Source of the DNA: Amoebophrya sp. A120
Taxonomy: Eukaryota; Protista; Dinoflagellata
DNA length: 64,000 nt
Direction of reading: 5' to 3'
Assembly (NCBI GenBank): GCA_905178155.1
Contig: CAJINV010000007.1
Span: 3,428,265 to 3,492,264 of the forward strand
The notes beneath the pieces are model-generated. The model saw only the letters and a program-made list of their open reading frames with translations. It was not told where the DNA came from and searched no databases. Both the position numbers and the translations under genes were made by a program. Below are positions 45,996 through 58,147 of this stretch, one piece after another (position 1 is the stretch's first letter; each line of letters begins with the position of its first letter).

Positions 45996-48987
45996 GATTC
46001 AGCAGGAGAACAGCTCGACCCACAGGTCAATGGCGACCCGGACGCCACCAATCCTGACGTCAACGAAGAAGACGTCCTCACACTAGACCCCGAATTGGCG
46101 AAAAAGCAGATCAAAGCGGGTTTCTCCCAACCTCCCCCGGACACGAGTTCCGTGCCACCACCGACCTCTACCGGCGCAACCCCGAGCGCGTCTTCCACCG
46201 CGGGCAAGAAAAAATCACAACCAAAGGACCCAAATGCAAGTTTCGAGCCGTCGGACAGTTTTTTGCAAGACCAGCAAGAGGAGGAAAACCGGGACAGCTA
46301 TTTGGACCGAGAATTCCTGGAATCGGCCATAAGCACCTACAATAGGCTAGCCGAGCACGCACGGAACAAGCAGCACTACAAGCTCGGGATATCGCACTTG
46401 AGGCGGGCATTGTCGCTGGAGAAATCTGGAGTAGTACCGCCAGACGACTGGCCGTTGAAGGTGCTACTGGCGAAGACACAGGTAGGGAGATGGGGAGTTG
46501 ATGATGTGTTTCTGTTTCACGACGAAGGTACTGAATGCATGAAATGTAGTCACAGGTAGTGAGTACGAAGTTTCTCAAGCATGAAACATGTGCCAGATCA
46601 CGAAGCTTGATGTTTCAGAACGAAAAATAGAAAATACGATCACCATGATGTGCAAAAGAAACCCATGTACACGTTCAGGTAAATGTCGCCACCCTACAGT
46701 ACCTTCTGAATCAGCCCCATGAGAGCTTGCTGGAAGCAGCCTTAGCACGGGACCGCAGTCTAGAATGTTTGAATTACTTGGACAGCGAAGTTTACAGTGC
46801 GAGGAAAGGCCAAGAGGTATAAAGAAATTGGTTTCTATTTCTCTTGGCTTTGCAACTGCCACTTCCTTCGGAGAGGCGCACTGGAGCTGCAGCCCTGGTT
46901 TTGGTTCATGTCCAAAATGATTTTTGGAAGTAGATGTTGTTTAAATGGTGCAAAACGAATTGGAATTCCACAGGACCCCGACCTCCTTTTTCTCCTAGAA
47001 GAAAGCGCGGTGACGTTTTGCCTCGCTCTCCACAGCGCAGCCCTGGCGATGAAGCAGCTCCCGGGCGCAGACACCGCGGGAATAACGGAAGTCGACCGGC
47101 TCGCGTGGAAGATCGGCACCAAGTACCTCGACCGCGGACATCCGTGCCTGAGCTTCATGCGCAAAGCATTCGAGACGCGAAACACGCTGCCGCCAGAGGA
47201 GACCGCGGCGTTTGTTTCGCCACAAGGGAGTAACAAAGACGGCGCGGGACCAGGGGATGGTGGAGATGAAAGTCAGAAGGACATTACGCAAGATAAGCAG
47301 GCAGCCCAGCAAGACAAGGAAAAAGTAGACCCAGACGCAGCGGCCAAACAGGACCAAGCGGACGAGAATCAGCAGGAGCAGAAAAGAAAAATGCTGATCA
47401 GCGAGCTGGAGGATTTGCAGCAGTATTTACGCGACACGGTGCTGTCGGACGAGAAGGAACTGAACAGCATCTGGGACGACATCCAGGTAGTAAAGCAGAA
47501 GGCCGTGAACTTCGAACTCAACCTCCCCGAAATCGCGACGCTCGAAGCGGAGGTGCTCCGCAGTAAGCGCCGCATGGCGCTCAGCACCGGGTCGGGCAGC
47601 ATGCTGGGGCACATCGGAAAGTCCGCCTCCTCAGCGGACCTGCAGAAGGGCAGTTCTTCGAGTTCCTTGGAAGCGAATAAAGGCGCATCCTCAGGCGGCG
47701 AGGGCGGTGCGGGGCCGGCGGTTGGAAAGAAAACAGCGGGGCAGAAAAAAAAAAGATCAAAGTCAGCAGACAGAAGTAGTGGGGGTGGCAGACTAGGCGC
47801 GTATTGTTTTTGTGTAATTGATTTGGAATAAACACAAAACTGCACGATCGTTTGGTGCATTGTGAACTGAGTCTGTTGCAGAACATCGTGCTGCAGCTCT
47901 TTATCGTGATGATGCAGTCCTCGAATTTTTTGGTTCCTCCACATTCATTAAAGAATAAAACTGAAACAGCACCACCCGCATGGATCTTCCTGAAATGCGT
48001 CGTCAGCGCGAGAACCTGAAGCACGAGAAGACAATATCGCGCCTTATCACCCGCACGGCGGACGAGCAGTATCTCTACGAGGTCCGCATGAGTTACTCCA
48101 AGGCAAAAGCGACGCCCAGCAAATCCCGCCCCCAATTGGCCGCCAGTGCACCCGGTGGGGCTGGGCCGCACGGGGGTAAGGGGGGAGCTCAGGACGCGGC
48201 GGGGAAGAAATACGATCTGAAGAAAGACGTGATAAGTCTGACCGGGATTCTAAAGCACGAACACGAGACCCTGCTGACCTGGCATCCGCAAGGGAAGGAG
48301 ATCGCTGCTAGGTATAGTAGTGCTTCGGCATTTTTTTCTCAAGTGTCGTTCTGCTGGATTGTGCTTGTGGTTTGCGTGTGAAGTGGACGAGCAGCTGTTT
48401 TCTAATGTGGAACGAGATAGAGCTCCTAAATTTTATCGAAAAAGAAAATGTGTCAAATGTCTCTCTGATCGCGACCACTACAGTCTCGATCCGAGTTACG
48501 CGGAGCGCCAAACACTGAACCGGGCATATGCGGATTATGCAAAGAAAAAAGTGTTGCAGTTACACGCATAGGTCGTTATGCAGGCCATGCATAAGCAAGA
48601 CAGAAAATAGCCTTGGTCATGCCAAAAATGCTTGTCACCCTCAATTCATACATACGTGTTTTCCCTTACATTCTCTACAGCATTTCCATTTTGAATTTTC
48701 GCTGGCATGCAGGGAAAATCTGTGTTGCTGAAGTTGCAACTACAAATGTGCAACTGTAACACTGTTTCATCGGGATACCGATAGCCTGGGTTCCCTTGCG
48801 CACAAGGGACGCACGGAGGCCATCGTGCGTGTGTCCAAGATGAAGGGTAAGGCCCACGTGCTCGCCAAACATGTAGCCGGAAGTCCGCTCCGGCGTAGAA
48901 GCGGGGCCAGTAACGCGTCCTCACCGGGCGGGGGGAAGTGATGGAATTATGGTGGCTAGTGCGAGCAATGTTCTTGTTCGAACGTAG
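45996..48987 (+). CDS. Multi-exon helical (TPR-like) hypothetical protein; 5' end and some internal exons unresolved
   Basis: Exons include 45996-46481 (TYNRLAEH...ISHLRRALSLEK), ~46974-47800, 47970-48311, 48484-48535 and 48783-48987; the last junction needs removal of 48536-48777. Confidence 0.6.
48536..48777. mobile_element. Introner-like element / non-canonical intron, TSD CGGAT/CCGAT
   Basis: TATGCAAAGAAAAAAGTGTTGCAGTTACAC vs reverse complement of the right end TATCCCGATGAAACAGTGTTACAGTTGCAC; excision gives RAYADSLGSLAHK. Confidence 0.85.
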
Positions 48988-50030
48988 GAGCAAAGCAAAA
49001 TGCAAACGACGATGTGGTCAGGGTTACGACCTCGTCTGAAAAATAAATGAAAATTAACCTCGAATTCGAAAATGTAAAATCTATACCTCATCCGTCATAC
49101 CTTTACCTTTTCAAAACAACGTAGAGAGCCTCTGAATTCTTCAGCCAAGGCAACGTTTTCACCTTATTTCATTTCAAGACAAAAGCAAAAACAGACCAGA
49201 CAACAGCAAGCAGACGTGTCTTATGTCTGGAAATCATTGACAAATCTTCCTTTTTGAAACATCCTTATAAGCAAAAGCACAAACAAGCACAAGCTCATGT
49301 AGCTGTGGATAGAAGCAAATAAGATTGAATTAGCACCAGCACTAATTGAAATTTCCTGTACACACCAGTCTCAACTTGCGAACACTTTTTGTACAATCAT
49401 CCTACTTTTCCTTCGGTATTTCATCTGCATCGCGAATTGCTGTTGCCAGTGCAACATCCAACAAGGACAGAGGTCATGCAACAACCTGCAAGGAGAAGGA
49501 CACCAGAATCGTAAGCAGAAGTACCTGACGAGAACGGAAGAGAAGTTTGGAAAGAAAGCACATCGCAATTATACGGGCGAGGCTGTCGGAAGACCGTGCC
49601 ACCGCTACAACTACTTCCACGCACCTAAGAGTCCTCCGCGTTTCTTTCTACTCGGATATTGTCACAGACGCAACTTGCAGATGAAGTCTGTAGATGTAGT
49701 GCTGCGCCAGATGAAGTTGATAGAAACAGCACCACGTCTAATATAATTTTGAGCGCTAGACCTAGAGCACTTGAGTGAAAAAAAGGAGGGACACGGAGAG
49801 ATGCGTACTATGGTTGCCGCTGATTTGCAGAGACGGCGTACTATTAAAGACAAAGACGAGGATTCACTTCGGAGGTCGACGGCGAGGTCAACAAGAGCAA
49901 GAGGCACAACTACTCCTGCTGTAGTAGGCATGATTCTCTACTGCAAGCGCGAAAGCAAAACAGCCATAATTCGAGAAAATCAAGATAAGTTGAAGTTCAA
50001 ACTATAGGACAACATCATTTAAAAATCAAA

Positions 50031-52126
50031 ATGACGGACCCCGAGCACATCTCTCCCAATGTGCTGAAAAACTACGATGTGCTTGGGAAAGTGTCCCGCG
50101 GCAATTACGGGCTCGTGTGGCGGGCGAAAGCGTTTGCGACGGGGGAAAAAAAGTACGCGATTAAGCGGGTCATTAATGCTTTCAAGAACGCCGTGGACGC
50201 GCAGAGGACGTATCGGGAGATCACACTGCTGTTGGAGCTGAACGGCCACGCGAACATCGTGGAGATTTTTGATGTCGTCAAGGTACAGAATGAATGTTAG
50301 TACAGTTTTATTGTCACTTTATGCGGCAGTCCAGTATGCCATGATGCAGGATTTTTGAAGAAGTTTTTTCCGCACATCAGCGCGATTATGATTACCAACT
50401 ACACATACTACAGGATTACTACGACTTGGACATCTACGTTGTCCTCGAATACATGCCCGCGACGCTGGCAAACATTCTGAAAAACACGCGACTGTCCGAC
50501 GTCCAGCTTTCCTTCATGATCTACCAAACCCTGCGCGCGTTGCTCTACATCCACACGGGGGGCATCGTCCATCGCGATTTGAAGCCCCAGAACATTCTGA
50601 TTAACGCGGACTGTCGCTTGAAAATCTGCGATTTTGGGTTAGCGCGAACGCTGTACGAGTCCCCGGAAGACGAGGTCACGCTGCGGCGCCAGCGGCAGGC
50701 CGCGGCGCTGAAGTCCACGCATGCGCGCCTGTCCGACGATGACAACGAAAACCAGAAGGAGCGGATGGAGCCGCAGTACCAGATTGAGGAAGAGGGGTTT
50801 TTGTCCAACTACATCGCGAGCCGGTGGTACCGGGCGCCGGAGGTGATGCTCGGGTCAACCACGTACGACTTCTCCTTCGACATGTGGGCGGCGGGGTGCG
50901 TGTTCGCGGAAATGTATCTGCCGAATCCGTTGTTCAAAGGTATTAACAGCTGATTCTCAGCCTGTTATGCGAAAATGTAAATGTTGTGACTAAGTTATGC
51001 GAGTTGATGAGAAATGATCTTAATCTATGACATTCTTCACACCCGCAGGTACCTGCATGTTCACGCAGTTGGAGGCGATTTACCTGCATCTGGGAAAACC
51101 CGACCGGTTTGACATTATGACGATGGACGCGCCGTACGCCGAGCAGATGTTCGAAGCGACCTTGGTGAACAAGAAGGAGCCCCTGTCCTCGCTGTTCCTA
51201 CCCCGCCAAGTCCCGGTTTCCAACGTGCCCAACTGCCCCACGGTGACGGAGAACCCAACCGTGGCGGAGAATCCGGAGGAGTTGTTGGATTTTCTGGAAC
51301 TGCTCCTCCTTTGGTCCCCCCCGAAGCGTTATCAAATGCAAATATGTCTGGGTCTGGAAGATTCCGAGTTTTCTCATGCAGTTTCTCCAAGCTCCACTAA
51401 GTCTGGAATGCAGGACCTAGCATCACAGGATCTGCAGCCCCTCTGTGATGCCTGTTCTGCATGAGAAATGCCCCCTCAGCATGGCCAGAAGTGGGCACCT
51501 TTTGCAAGTCACGCAACACAGATTTTTGTATGATGCGCAACATGCATCACAAGTCCCAACCTTCCAGACCCAGACATTTTTACAATCCATAAGCGTATGA
51601 CGGCGGAGGAGGCCATACGACACCCTTTCGTCTCCGCCTACCACAATCCGGATGACGAGCCGCGGTTCCGGGAGCCCCTGGAGCTGCTATCCACTGCAAA
51701 TATGTAGTCTGGGTTTGGAACCTTGTGACGCTAAAATGTGACTGGTGGGCGCACTACAATACGCAGCCAATCATGACAAATTTTTGAGCTGCTATTCTGT
51801 TTCGGTTTCGGCATGGCAAACTGCGTGTTTGCACGACAGGCAAGAGGCCCTTGTCCTGCTTATGCATCACAGATTTGCGAGTCATTCCAGACAAGCATGA
51901 CAAAGTTGCATCCACCGTATCCAGACCCAGACATATTTGCAATGCATAGCTGCCCCTCGCGGACGACTGTCTCTTCACGGTGAATGATTACCGAGACCGG
52001 ATTTACGCGGACGTGCTGCAGATTCCGCGGGCGGTGACCCGGGTTGCGGATAAGGAGGTGGAGTTGCACCAACAACGGGTGGCGGACAAGTTGTTGCAGG
52101 AGGAAGAGGAGGCGGATGAGGATTAG
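50031..52126 (+). CDS. MAP kinase, ERK7/MAPK15-like
   Basis: [52 protein letters not shown] introns 50283-50413 and 50940-51048. Two non-canonical introns whose removal gives [14 protein letters not shown]...HNPDDEP...ELPLADD...DYRDRIY. Confidence 0.92.
51330..51591. mobile_element. Introner-like element / non-canonical intron, TSD AGCGT
   Basis: TAT...ATA ends; AGCGT at 51325-51329 and 51592-51596; core ATGTCTGGGTCTGGAAG pairs perfectly with CTTCCAGACCCAGACAT. Confidence 0.93.
51688..51948. mobile_element. Introner-like element / non-canonical intron, TSD GCTGC
   Basis: TATCCACTGCAAATATGTAGTCTGGGTTTGGA pairs with TCCAGACCCAGACATATTTGCAATGCATA; GCTGC at 51683-51687 and 51949-51953. Confidence 0.93.
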
Positions 52127-53234
52127 ACACGGAGCATCAACATCTTGTGCTGCTGCCAAGTTGTGTTGACTATCTCGATTTATTTCCGTCTCGACGTTGA
52201 GAGCAGAAATAAGCCGGAGCACTATTCCTGCTAGACGAAGCTGGTCCTGGTGTTGCTGCGCAATGGTGGTCGTGAGGCAGCAGGTGGTCGCGAAGCCGGC
52301 GGTGAGGGATTGATATTAACCAAAACGAACGGCAACCGAACCGAGAACGAATCCGGAGCGAGAGCACGCTTGCGGCGCAGCCTGGACCGATCCCAGCAAC
52401 CACGACGACAAGACCCCGGGTGAGATCCGATTGTATCGGGTCGGCAGTTGCACCAGCGGAGGAGGAAGAGCAGAGCTAGTGGATCGTGTTGTGTGTTTAC
52501 AACCGGAACAACTTCTCCAACTCACGTGCGAGACAGAGCAGGGCAACATAATTTCCTGGAAAGGTGCTGAAATTCCATGAATTCCGCCCGAAAATCGTAA
52601 TCAATCCTGGATGAACTCAAACAGCGAAAATTGCAGGTCTGCAAGACCACGTGCTGGCTGTGTGCGTGTCAGAGGCTGGCCGTCGCAGCTCGGAATCAGA
52701 AAAAAGGAAATGCATCGAAGGCAGTGCCGGTTGGGTTTGGAAAGCCTTCGCGCTTCACCTGTCGAATGTTGCAGTCGTGGCCTGCTCGAAGATACTAAGT
52801 TACTTTCTTAGTGTCTTCGAGGGTATTAGACCAATATAGTAGAAGATGCACTGATTGTTAGTATCAGTCTGGTGTTCATCGTGATGATGATCCTCCCCAA
52901 AGATGCTGAAGCTCGTGGTGATCTTGAAAGCCGATGCAGAGGCAGAGCCGTAGCGGCAGAGTTAGCTGGACAGCCCCGGGTCCTCGGCGATTTCCTGCAG
53001 AGCTGATGACTACACAGATGATAGATGAGGAAGACGAGCGGCTAGCACTTACAAACAAGTTCTTCTCGTAGCATGGAGGAAATGAAAGATGTACTATCTA
53101 TCAAGACAAAGCTTGTTACCTAGCTTGTTATTGTTTTAGAAAATGAAAATCGAGACTACAGTAGTTGATTAGTAAGTACCTTGGAACGAAGTGTTAAGCT
53201 AAACCTTAATCCAAGAAGTTTGAAAAAAAAAATC

Positions 53235-55109
53235 ATGCCGCGGTTAATGGAGGATTTGATCCGCAAGCGCGCGGAGCACAACGACGGTATTCTCCCGGAT
53301 CTGGAAGAAATCGCGCTGCACCAGGAGGAAATCGAGAAAATTGAGTCCTTGGAACAATGCTGCCGGCACTTGAAGATTTTGCTGTTACAGCACAACGCGA
53401 TCTCGAAGATGGAGAACTTGGGCAAGCTGAAGGAGCTGGAATACCTGAATTTGTCGCTGAACAATGTCTCCAAGATCGAAAACATCGAGGGCTGCGAGTC
53501 GCTGAAAAAGTTGGACATGACCTTGAATTTCGTCGATTTCGACGAGCTACAGGAGTCGCTGGAGTGTATGGAGGGCTTGGAATTCTTGGAAGACCTGTAC
53601 CTGTTGGGTAACCCGTGCACCGATTTCCCGGGGTATCGGAGCTACGTGGCGGCCAAACTGCCGCAACTGCAGCAGCTGGATGGTATAAGTGGTTTTAGTA
53701 TAATCGCACAGTAATTCGTTGCTACAAGTACAACATGATATTGCATCGCAACAACATTTTCCTCTGGTGCATGAATGCATGACAAACCTAATGCAACCGC
53801 GATTGCGCCGCGATCGAAGCCATCGTTATTCAGGTAAGCCTATCGCCCCGCAGGACAAGATCCAGGCCGCGCAAGAGCTGCCAGTGTGGGAACAGCTGGT
53901 GCTGAAAAAAGCCGCAGATGTTGCGGAGGACAAACGGCAGAAGAAAGAATCCGGCTACGTCCCACCGGAAACGGCCCATGCACCGGAGACCAGGTTGCAG
54001 ATGGCTCGGGATCTGGCGGCCCAGAAGGCAGAGAAGGAGAAAAACGAGAAGCGCCGAACCGGGACGGAAAAAAAGGAGGCGAGAGAGATACCGGGCGCGT
54101 ACACGGCCAGAGGGGACATCAGGCAGTGCAACGAAGGTACAGCATTTTTTGAAATCAGCATTGAGACCAGCAAGATTAACATGCTGCCAAACTACGCAAG
54201 TAAGTGCCTACACCTCGACGTCGAGGTCGACTCGCGTCTACAGCATGACAAGCTGCGCAGCGGTCCAAAAAGTATAACACGGATCTTTTCTATCGCATCC
54301 TTCCACATCCACACTACAGGCAAATACCGATTTCGGATGGACGAGGAAAAAACCGAAGTGGTGTTTGAGCTGGAGACGCCAAAGCATCTCGAAACCGGTC
54401 TGATAGACGTGGACGTGAACCCATGGTACAAAGAAGAAGTAATGTTGAGTCGTTATCGTTTCGCAATTTGGATGACAAGTTATGTGGATTTTGGGTGTTT
54501 TTGGCAACTTGGTCCGCAAGATCAAGATGAGCATTAGCAGAAATCTCGACCAAACACTAAAAAAGGTACATCCGCGTGATTTGCAAGGAAAAACTGACTC
54601 AGTTGAAGCTCCCCGAGGAGGTCAACGTCTCTGAAACGACCGTGCAGCGGAGTAAGACGACCGGATTTCTGAAGATTAAAATGCCCAAGGCAAATTCCCA
54701 ACTCTCCAAAGCGGGCGAGGAAGGAACAAGCGGATGGGGAACTTCGTCTTCCTCATCAAGCAAGAACAAGTCAACCGAGCCGGAGCTGCAGCCGTTGCAG
54801 CCAGAGGGTAACGAGGAAGAGAATGCGCCAGGTGCGAAAGGCGCGAGTACCGCTGCGGGCACCGGGTTGTCGAGTGACGAAAACTCGAAGCGACGCGTCG
54901 ACACAACGTCTTTGGTGGACAAACCGAAGGGCGGTGAGCAGGGTGAGAAGAAGAAAAAGAAGGCCTACAATTTCAACCTGTTTGAACTACACAGGGATCC
55001 GATTCAGAGAAGCGACCACGATAGGACGAAAGGGGGAGGTAGTACGACCACGGGAAAGAAGTCGTCCGCGGAGGTGAGTGATGTAGCGCTGGTGGAGGAG
55101 GTGAGATGA
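53235..55109 (+). CDS. LRRC6: Dynein axonemal assembly factor 11 (LRRC6/TilB homolog); last exon uncertain
   Basis: [31 protein letters not shown]22-type LRRs, LYLLGNPC, and IRQCNEGKYRF...[40 protein letters not shown] introns 53683-53833, 54137-54319 and 54426-54565. Confidence 0.9.
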
Positions 55110-55960
55110 TAATACGACTTTCGGTCAGATGGGCGAAAATCAAAGTGACATCGACAATTCGTCAGTGACTCTTTGATACTCACACAAGAAAATAAGTAAC
55201 AGACGAAATCGTAATCGACACAACAAATTGCGAAGCCTGCAATGCCAAAACCTGTGTTCATCTAGCTTTGGAGAGATAGCGACGGAATCATGAAAAATGA
55301 AGAAGAAATTGCGCGAAGATGAACATTACAGAGCTATGGTGCGGAAATCTTTCGCAAGCGAACGCAATGCATTTCTTTGCAGCCCCCTCCTGCAGATGCG
55401 TTCTGTGAAGTCGTTTTATCCACCCCGGAATGCCGCGCCAGTCGAACTCGTGCGCCCTTATTCCGTTTGTCTTGTAGCTCTTTCGGTTTCGCTCTTGTTT
55501 CCTTCGTGCGCGAAGCGAGGGGCAGCGGCTCCCTAGGATCGCTAATCCGTCGAGCGGATTACTCTATACGATTATCGTTTACTTGATGTTGATGATCTTT
55601 GCATTGCGTTCAGGATAGCCCGACGTGACATCGAAAAGTATTTATCGGGACCCAGGAAAGCGAAAGGTTCAGGCTGTGTTTGTGTACTCTAGCTGCTTTT
55701 ATTTTTACTTTCTGTGTTTTTCCTCTACTTGTACTTTTTGTTTTTCGCACTCATTACCACCTCGTCGCGACATTCATTGAGCTTGTTCTCGACTCCTCAC
55801 ATGCTAGTGCCTTGTAGTCCCCACCGTTGTTTTTTGTTTATTAACTTCCCATCTTACGTTGAATATTTCACCTGCACCTTTTCCCGGTGCTCTGTGGTCG
55901 TCCCAAGGAGGCCGCGCATTGCCAAAAGACAAACGCTTCGGAGCAGTAGCTGCAAAAAAA

Positions 55961-57037
55961 ATGTCCATCCTCAAACACATCGACATTCTAAAGCAGGAGT
56001 GGCGCATCGTGCTTGCCTCCAGCTCGCCGCGACGCAAGGAAATCTTGGGCGAGCTGCAGCTCCCCTTCGAAGTGATCACTTCCGCGGTTGAGAACAACAT
56101 GTCCGAGGAGGAGCGAAAAACCCTCCGCAACCTCGGTGCGGAGAAATACACGGTGGAGCTGGCAAGGCGGAAGTGCCTTGCCGTCACGGGGAAGGTTCTC
56201 ACAACGCCCTTGAGGAGTGAGGACGACAGGAGAAAGCACGTGCTCGTGATCGCTTCAGACACCTGCATCGAACAGGATATAATAGAAGAGGACACAGGCG
56301 ATGGTTCCTGTGTACCCGAAGATTATGATGAAGCTGCACTTCCACATGACAAGGGAAAAGCAAAACAACGAAAAGCAGGACAAGATGAAGATGGTGCAGA
56401 TGTTCTTGAACCTCCAGTCGACCCCGATGCGCACGACAGCACAAGGACAACTGAAAGACAAACAGACCAGAAAACGTCGAAAGCTGTAGAAGACGCAGCT
56501 GCTCCTGGAGCTGGAGCAACAGGGAACACATTAAAAATTCCGCCAAGCCTATCTCAGAACAGGACACCAACAAGAATCCTGGACAAGCCAGCAAATCCCG
56601 ACGACGCGGTTCGAACTTTGAAGACATTACGTGGAAAATCCCATCGGGTCGTCACGGGGGTGGCGCTGTGCTGGATTTTCGCGAATAACCCCCACAACCC
56701 GGATTCGAAGGACGTCACTGTGCGAGACCTCTTTGCGGAGACTACGATTGTGAAATTCAGAAACCTCAGTGATCTTGCAATAGAGCGGTACGTTGCCACC
56801 GGGGAACCCTTGGACAAAGCCGGGTCGTATGGTATTCAGGGACTTGGTGGCTTGCTCGTGGAAGGCATACAAGGTTGCCATCGGAACGTGATTGGCTTCC
56901 CACTGAGTGCAATTTCGGAAAAAATTGCGGGGAGATTGGATGAATATACGGAGGGGAGGCTCAAAATGCAGTTCAACGTGGACGTGAGACAGCCTGCTGG
57001 AGCTTCTTCGTTCTCCGACGCCGCCGCAGCCTACTAG
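55961..57037 (+). CDS. Maf-family nucleoside triphosphate pyrophosphatase (YhdE/ASMTL-N type)
   Basis: IVLASSSPRRKEIL, IASDT, ILDKP, LRGKSHRVVTGV, GEPLDKAGSYGIQG, NVIGFP. Confidence 0.92.
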   Translation: MSILKHIDILKQEWRIVLASSSPRRKEILGELQLPFEVITSAVENNMSEEERKTLRNLGAEKYTVELARRKCLAVTGKVLTTPLRSEDDRRKHVLVIASDTCIEQDIIEEDTGDGSCVPEDYDEAALPHDKGKAKQRKAGQDEDGADVLEPPVDPDAHDSTRTTERQTDQKTSKAVEDAAAPGAGATGNTLKIPPSLSQNRTPTRILDKPANPDDAVRTLKTLRGKSHRVVTGVALCWIFANNPHNPDSKDVTVRDLFAETTIVKFRNLSDLAIERYVATGEPLDKAGSYGIQGLGGLLVEGIQGCHRNVIGFPLSAISEKIAGRLDEYTEGRLKMQFNVDVRQPAGASSFSDAAAAY

Positions 57038-58147
57038 TTCTTCGACAATCAACTAAAACTATGCTTATCTTCCCCGATGTGTGATCATGCAAGCGACGTC
57101 AGCCTGGTTCAATGTTTGATATATGATTTTGATCGCTGCCTACACCCAGTGTAAGTGAAGCAAGCGCGAGCAATAAAACGTCACCGAGGAGGGGGTGAAA
57201 TGTTGCCACCGATACGGCGGTAGATAACATGATGAAACCCCGTAGCTGCAGCTGCGTGTTCTGTGCTCGTCCTCAGAGTGCTACGTTTGGACCGAGAGAA
57301 ATACGAGAGAGTTTTCAGCTTCAGGAGTGCTAGCGCGAGACCTGCAGCAAGTTTTGTTGAGCGGAGTAGAGATCATGATTCAGCATGAACAACCAACAAT
57401 TAGCTTTTGCGCAAGCAGGAAAAAATGTAGTTTGTATGGCTCCGTTTCGCAACGCGACCTCAGGCTGCGACCGATCCAAGAACCGGTCTCTCAGATTCCT
57501 TTTTTTGTGTCTCTTTCATCTTTGCGCTGTCGTGAAAGTGCGAATCTGTTCTCCTTCTTGCTACAGGACTTCCTTGTTTTACATTCCAATACTCCCATGC
57601 ACAACGTCTCTCTGTATGTAAAAAAGCAAACAATTGTTGCCTGTGCACCACATTCATGGAGTTTTTTGCCTGCATCGGTCGTTCCTAGAACTAGATGTGT
57701 CAGAGTGCTGCTGTCGAGTCCACCATCAATCATTTTTGTCGCCTCCATCATCAAGAAAACATGCACCTCCCCTGGATTACCACTTGTTAGCTCGTTTGTT
57801 TTGCACATCGTCGTGGTCCAACAGAGTTCCCACAATGTTTCTTGCTTTCCTTGAAAACCCACCTGGAGAAGTCGACGCAGAGGCAGCTACTGAAGCGGAA
57901 AGCGAAAGAGGACCAAATCGAAACCACTGCTGGGACACTTGTTACAACTACTGTCGCGGACCGCAGAGGGGAGACCACGGGAGGACAAAAATTTGTAAGG
58001 AAGGGAGTACTTGTACTAGAGAACCGCGGCACCAGGGCAGCAGGAGCAACATCGGCAGCACTTCTGTTGCATCTTCTCGAAACCACTGCGTCGTGAAAGA
58101 TCACGGACGAGCATCGTATCCTTGCAACTTCCTCCGCGAAGAGCATC

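Noticed and set aside
57842-58096. ORF in the same frame just upstream of the glycosyltransferase, separated by one TGA (readthrough?)
   Set aside because: TGA is used as a normal stop in other genes here; no homology evidence; the downstream ATG already gives a sensible membrane anchor.
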